A stretch of 64,000 nt of DNA, from positions 6,302,784-6,366,783 of the forward strand of contig CM121341.1 of assembly GCA_051530055.1 (NCBI GenBank). Reading direction: 5' to 3'. The notes under the pieces are model-generated. The model had not been told where the DNA came from and searched no databases. It saw nothing but the letters and a program-made list of their open reading frames with translations. The stretch comes from Neoechinorhynchus agilis. Its lineage: Eukaryota > Animalia > Acanthocephala. The position numbers and the translations under genes were made by a program. Shown here in pieces: positions 61,610 to 64,000 of this stretch (positions within the stretch are counted from its first letter, which is position 1; each line of letters opens with the position of its first letter).

Positions 61610-61692
61610 CAAAAAACTTCTTAAGAATTGATTCTGGACGTTATGCGTTCGGCTTTTTTTGTAAACACAACTACAATTATTCTTTTTTAAAT

Positions 61693-62547
61693 TTAAAGAA
61701 ATGAACCTTGGATCAATTTTCGATCAATCATCTCTTGCAGAAGCCAAGACAGAGCAGTCGAAGGAATCCATTGATGCCTCCATTTATTTACTTCTTCGTA
61801 TCCAGCATAAGCTGCAAGAGCCACTTCCCGCTCTTCGAAATCCAACTGCCTTATCAAACTTTCACGCCCTAGAAACCCACATCCAATCGTGGCCTCAATC
61901 ATTGCTAATGTACGTTTTATCAATACCTTTTTTTTTGTTCCTCAAAAACACGACACAATAGTAAAGTCGCTTACCTCGAGAATTTCTTTTCCTATTTGGA
62001 TGATATCGAATCGCTGTACATTTTCGAGCAGAAATACACCTACTGCGAAATAGATGCTCGGCACTCGAACGTTTGGAATGTCGAGTTTTTTGCGAGATAA
62101 TATTAGGTTTTCGGTTGCGTGTCTTAATTCATCCGGACAGAATATAATGACAGCGTGTTCATCTGACGAATTGCAGATTCTCAGTGAGTTTACTGAACTC
62201 TATAGAACTGTTCCGACGCTTCTACCACGATCGCACACTTTCTTTTTAAGAAAACATTCTTAAATTTGGACAAATTTTAGATTTTATTATATAGGAAACG
62301 GGGGGGGGTCGTTCGCTCCAGAAATGCGAGAACCTACAATTTAAAGAGACTGCGCTAACCAGCATGGCATTACATAGTGCTTTCCTTTCTCCACTGGAAT
62401 AAAAGATTGTTCGTCGTCGTCCTCCTCCTCCTCTAAGCTGATTTCGGGCATTTCAACTGTTGTCTTAGCGAAAATCAAGGCCTGCGAAGTAATTATAGAC
62501 TTCAAATCGTAGTATTCATCATCGAGAAAATAGAGAACATTTTCCAT
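61693..62547 (-). CDS. GINS3: GINS complex subunit Psf3-like
   Basis: EYYDLKSII, HYVMPCWLAQSL, YFAVGVFLL, LIKRTLAMIE and QLDFEEREV..KWR. It has one GT-AG intron plus one ambiguous stem-closed break. Confidence 0.7.
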
Positions 62548-62770
62548 AACAACGAATGAGGGGCAAATCTTGAGCGAAATGCACTAGGCGCAACTATTAA
62601 GAGACACAATAAGGTCAATTTCTTAAAGGTCTTACACTCCTTGTAAAAGAATATCTTATGAAAAATTATTCGATCTCTAAACATTGAATAAGCGACAATG
62701 AGTGTTGCTGAAAATCTTTTCCTAAGGATTCTATTAACTAAGTGATAAACAATTGTCACTTTTTAATTTT

Positions 62771-62867
62771 CTGCGAACCTCGTCGGGTTTATCATCAGTT
62801 CGATAAACCCTACGAGGTTCGCAGGACGTTTTTTAATCGAAATAAGACTTCTAACCATAATAATTCC
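62771..62867. repeat. Short fold-back related to the 46.1-kb element and the 386-bp satellite
   Basis: CTGCGAACCTCGTCGGGTTTATC / GATAAACCCTACGAGGTTCGCAG, followed by gacgttttttaatcgaaataagacttctaaccataataattc. Confidence 0.75.
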
Positions 62868-64000
62868 AATCACATTCCTCATATCGACTCTTTTGTTTGA
62901 ATCGTTACAGTGGATATTTTTTGTTTGTAAACAATATGTTTTCGTGGATATTTTTTGTTTAGTAAATAAGAAATAAAGATTAATTTATTGATTCCCTTTC
63001 ACACAGTTTGTTTCGCATTGTGAAGATTTTCGTTCTTTTGCGATCACTATTTTGGAATTATCTTCAAACGCAAACGGATAAAGAATGATGTGAAACGAAA
63101 AAACGTCTAACACATTTGAGTTCGTAATTGTGGCATTTTGAAATTTGTTTATATAAAAAAAGTGATTTATTTTACACTCGCGATTATGAGCGATGCTTTG
63201 TTCTACTGAAATACATTTATAATACTGAATTCGAATAAAACGACGATCCTTCTCAATACTTTGTAGATATTTCAGACTTCTCCTTTTTGTAGGCACACAG
63301 CCAATCGATATCTTATATATCAGAGGAAGTGATTGGATTTCAAAATCCACGAGCGCCGATATCGCATAACCTAAAGGGGACGCAATAGCTTATTAAAGTA
63401 AACTCACTAATGAGTCCCGTTTCCTCATTGAAAGACGAATAACTCAAGAATTATGAAAGCTATCGCAAATCCGAAACAAGATTTGGAATCAGCACGCTGA
63501 GATGTACTAAATAGACATGACCAATATACTACAGCTGTCTTATTGGCGTCGGAAATCGCATTATCATATTTGGTCAATAGTCACAAGAGTGAATATCTGA
63601 GGATTCGGACGGGGATTCGTATAAAACTCGATACCCAATCATTTCTCTGATATATAAGAGATCGTTTGTGTGCCTAATAAGCCGAGTAAGAGATGTTGTA
63701 CAAAAACACTCATTATTTCAGACTTCTATTCCGAATTGAATGTTGTTGGGAACGGGAAACCGAGACCCTTCAAATCCCTTACTGCATCCCCAATCCATTC
63801 ACGATGGGGTCAATACGTGACCCCTAAAGGAAACCGGCGTAACCTCTTGCTGTTTTAACATCACTATCTGAAAAAAGTGAGGGTGTTACAGGGCATTTAT
63901 AACCTTTTGAGGTCGACTTGAGTGTGAGCGAGCCTTCAACTCCATAAATACTTGCTAATTTTGTATTTCGTCGAGTTTGTGTTCTTTAACATTAGCTTGC

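Noticed and set aside
18866-62343. Stop-codon reassignment or readthrough as the explanation for broken ORFs
   Set aside because: Several breaks are frameshifts (221, 55, 50, 148 nt). Both TAG and TGA occur within single inserts. TAA, TAG and TGA all serve as normal stops in this window, and the 2082-codon myosin has no internal stops.

Overview
This is eukaryotic DNA from a compact, AT-rich animal genome (goosecoid, G-beta, myosin II and a rhodopsin-type GPCR are present). It holds about 20 protein genes, most with very short (40-60 nt) GT-AG introns. Recognisable genes: SLY1/SCFD1, a FERM-PTP, SLC5A, NUDT9-like, G-beta, an intronless myosin II, a GPCR, DHFR, a thioredoxin-fold protein, RRP8, SIKE/FGFR1OP2-like, gsc, B3GALT-like, CstF50 and GINS Psf3. 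Several satellites, long fold-back palindromes, a non-autonomous hAT element and a CRE-like retroelement fragment lie between and within them. Main observation: at least 7, and up to about 12, coding sequences are interrupted by 48-882 nt stop-containing or frame-shifting inserts. The TA-to-TA removal that restores these frames does not use GT-AG ends, each insert is closed by its own 9-17 bp terminal inverted repeat, and most are bounded by a duplicated TA. Deleting from TA to TA restores the frame and the exact spacing of conserved motifs (PTP DYINAN-YV, B3GALT, RRP8, G-beta WD strand, CstF50 WD, GPCR loop). This looks like a second class of transposon-derived, structure-defined intron, or less likely IES-like DNA excision, coexisting with normal spliceosomal introns. 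All splicing calls are inferred by eye from protein homology. No RNA data or database searches were available.
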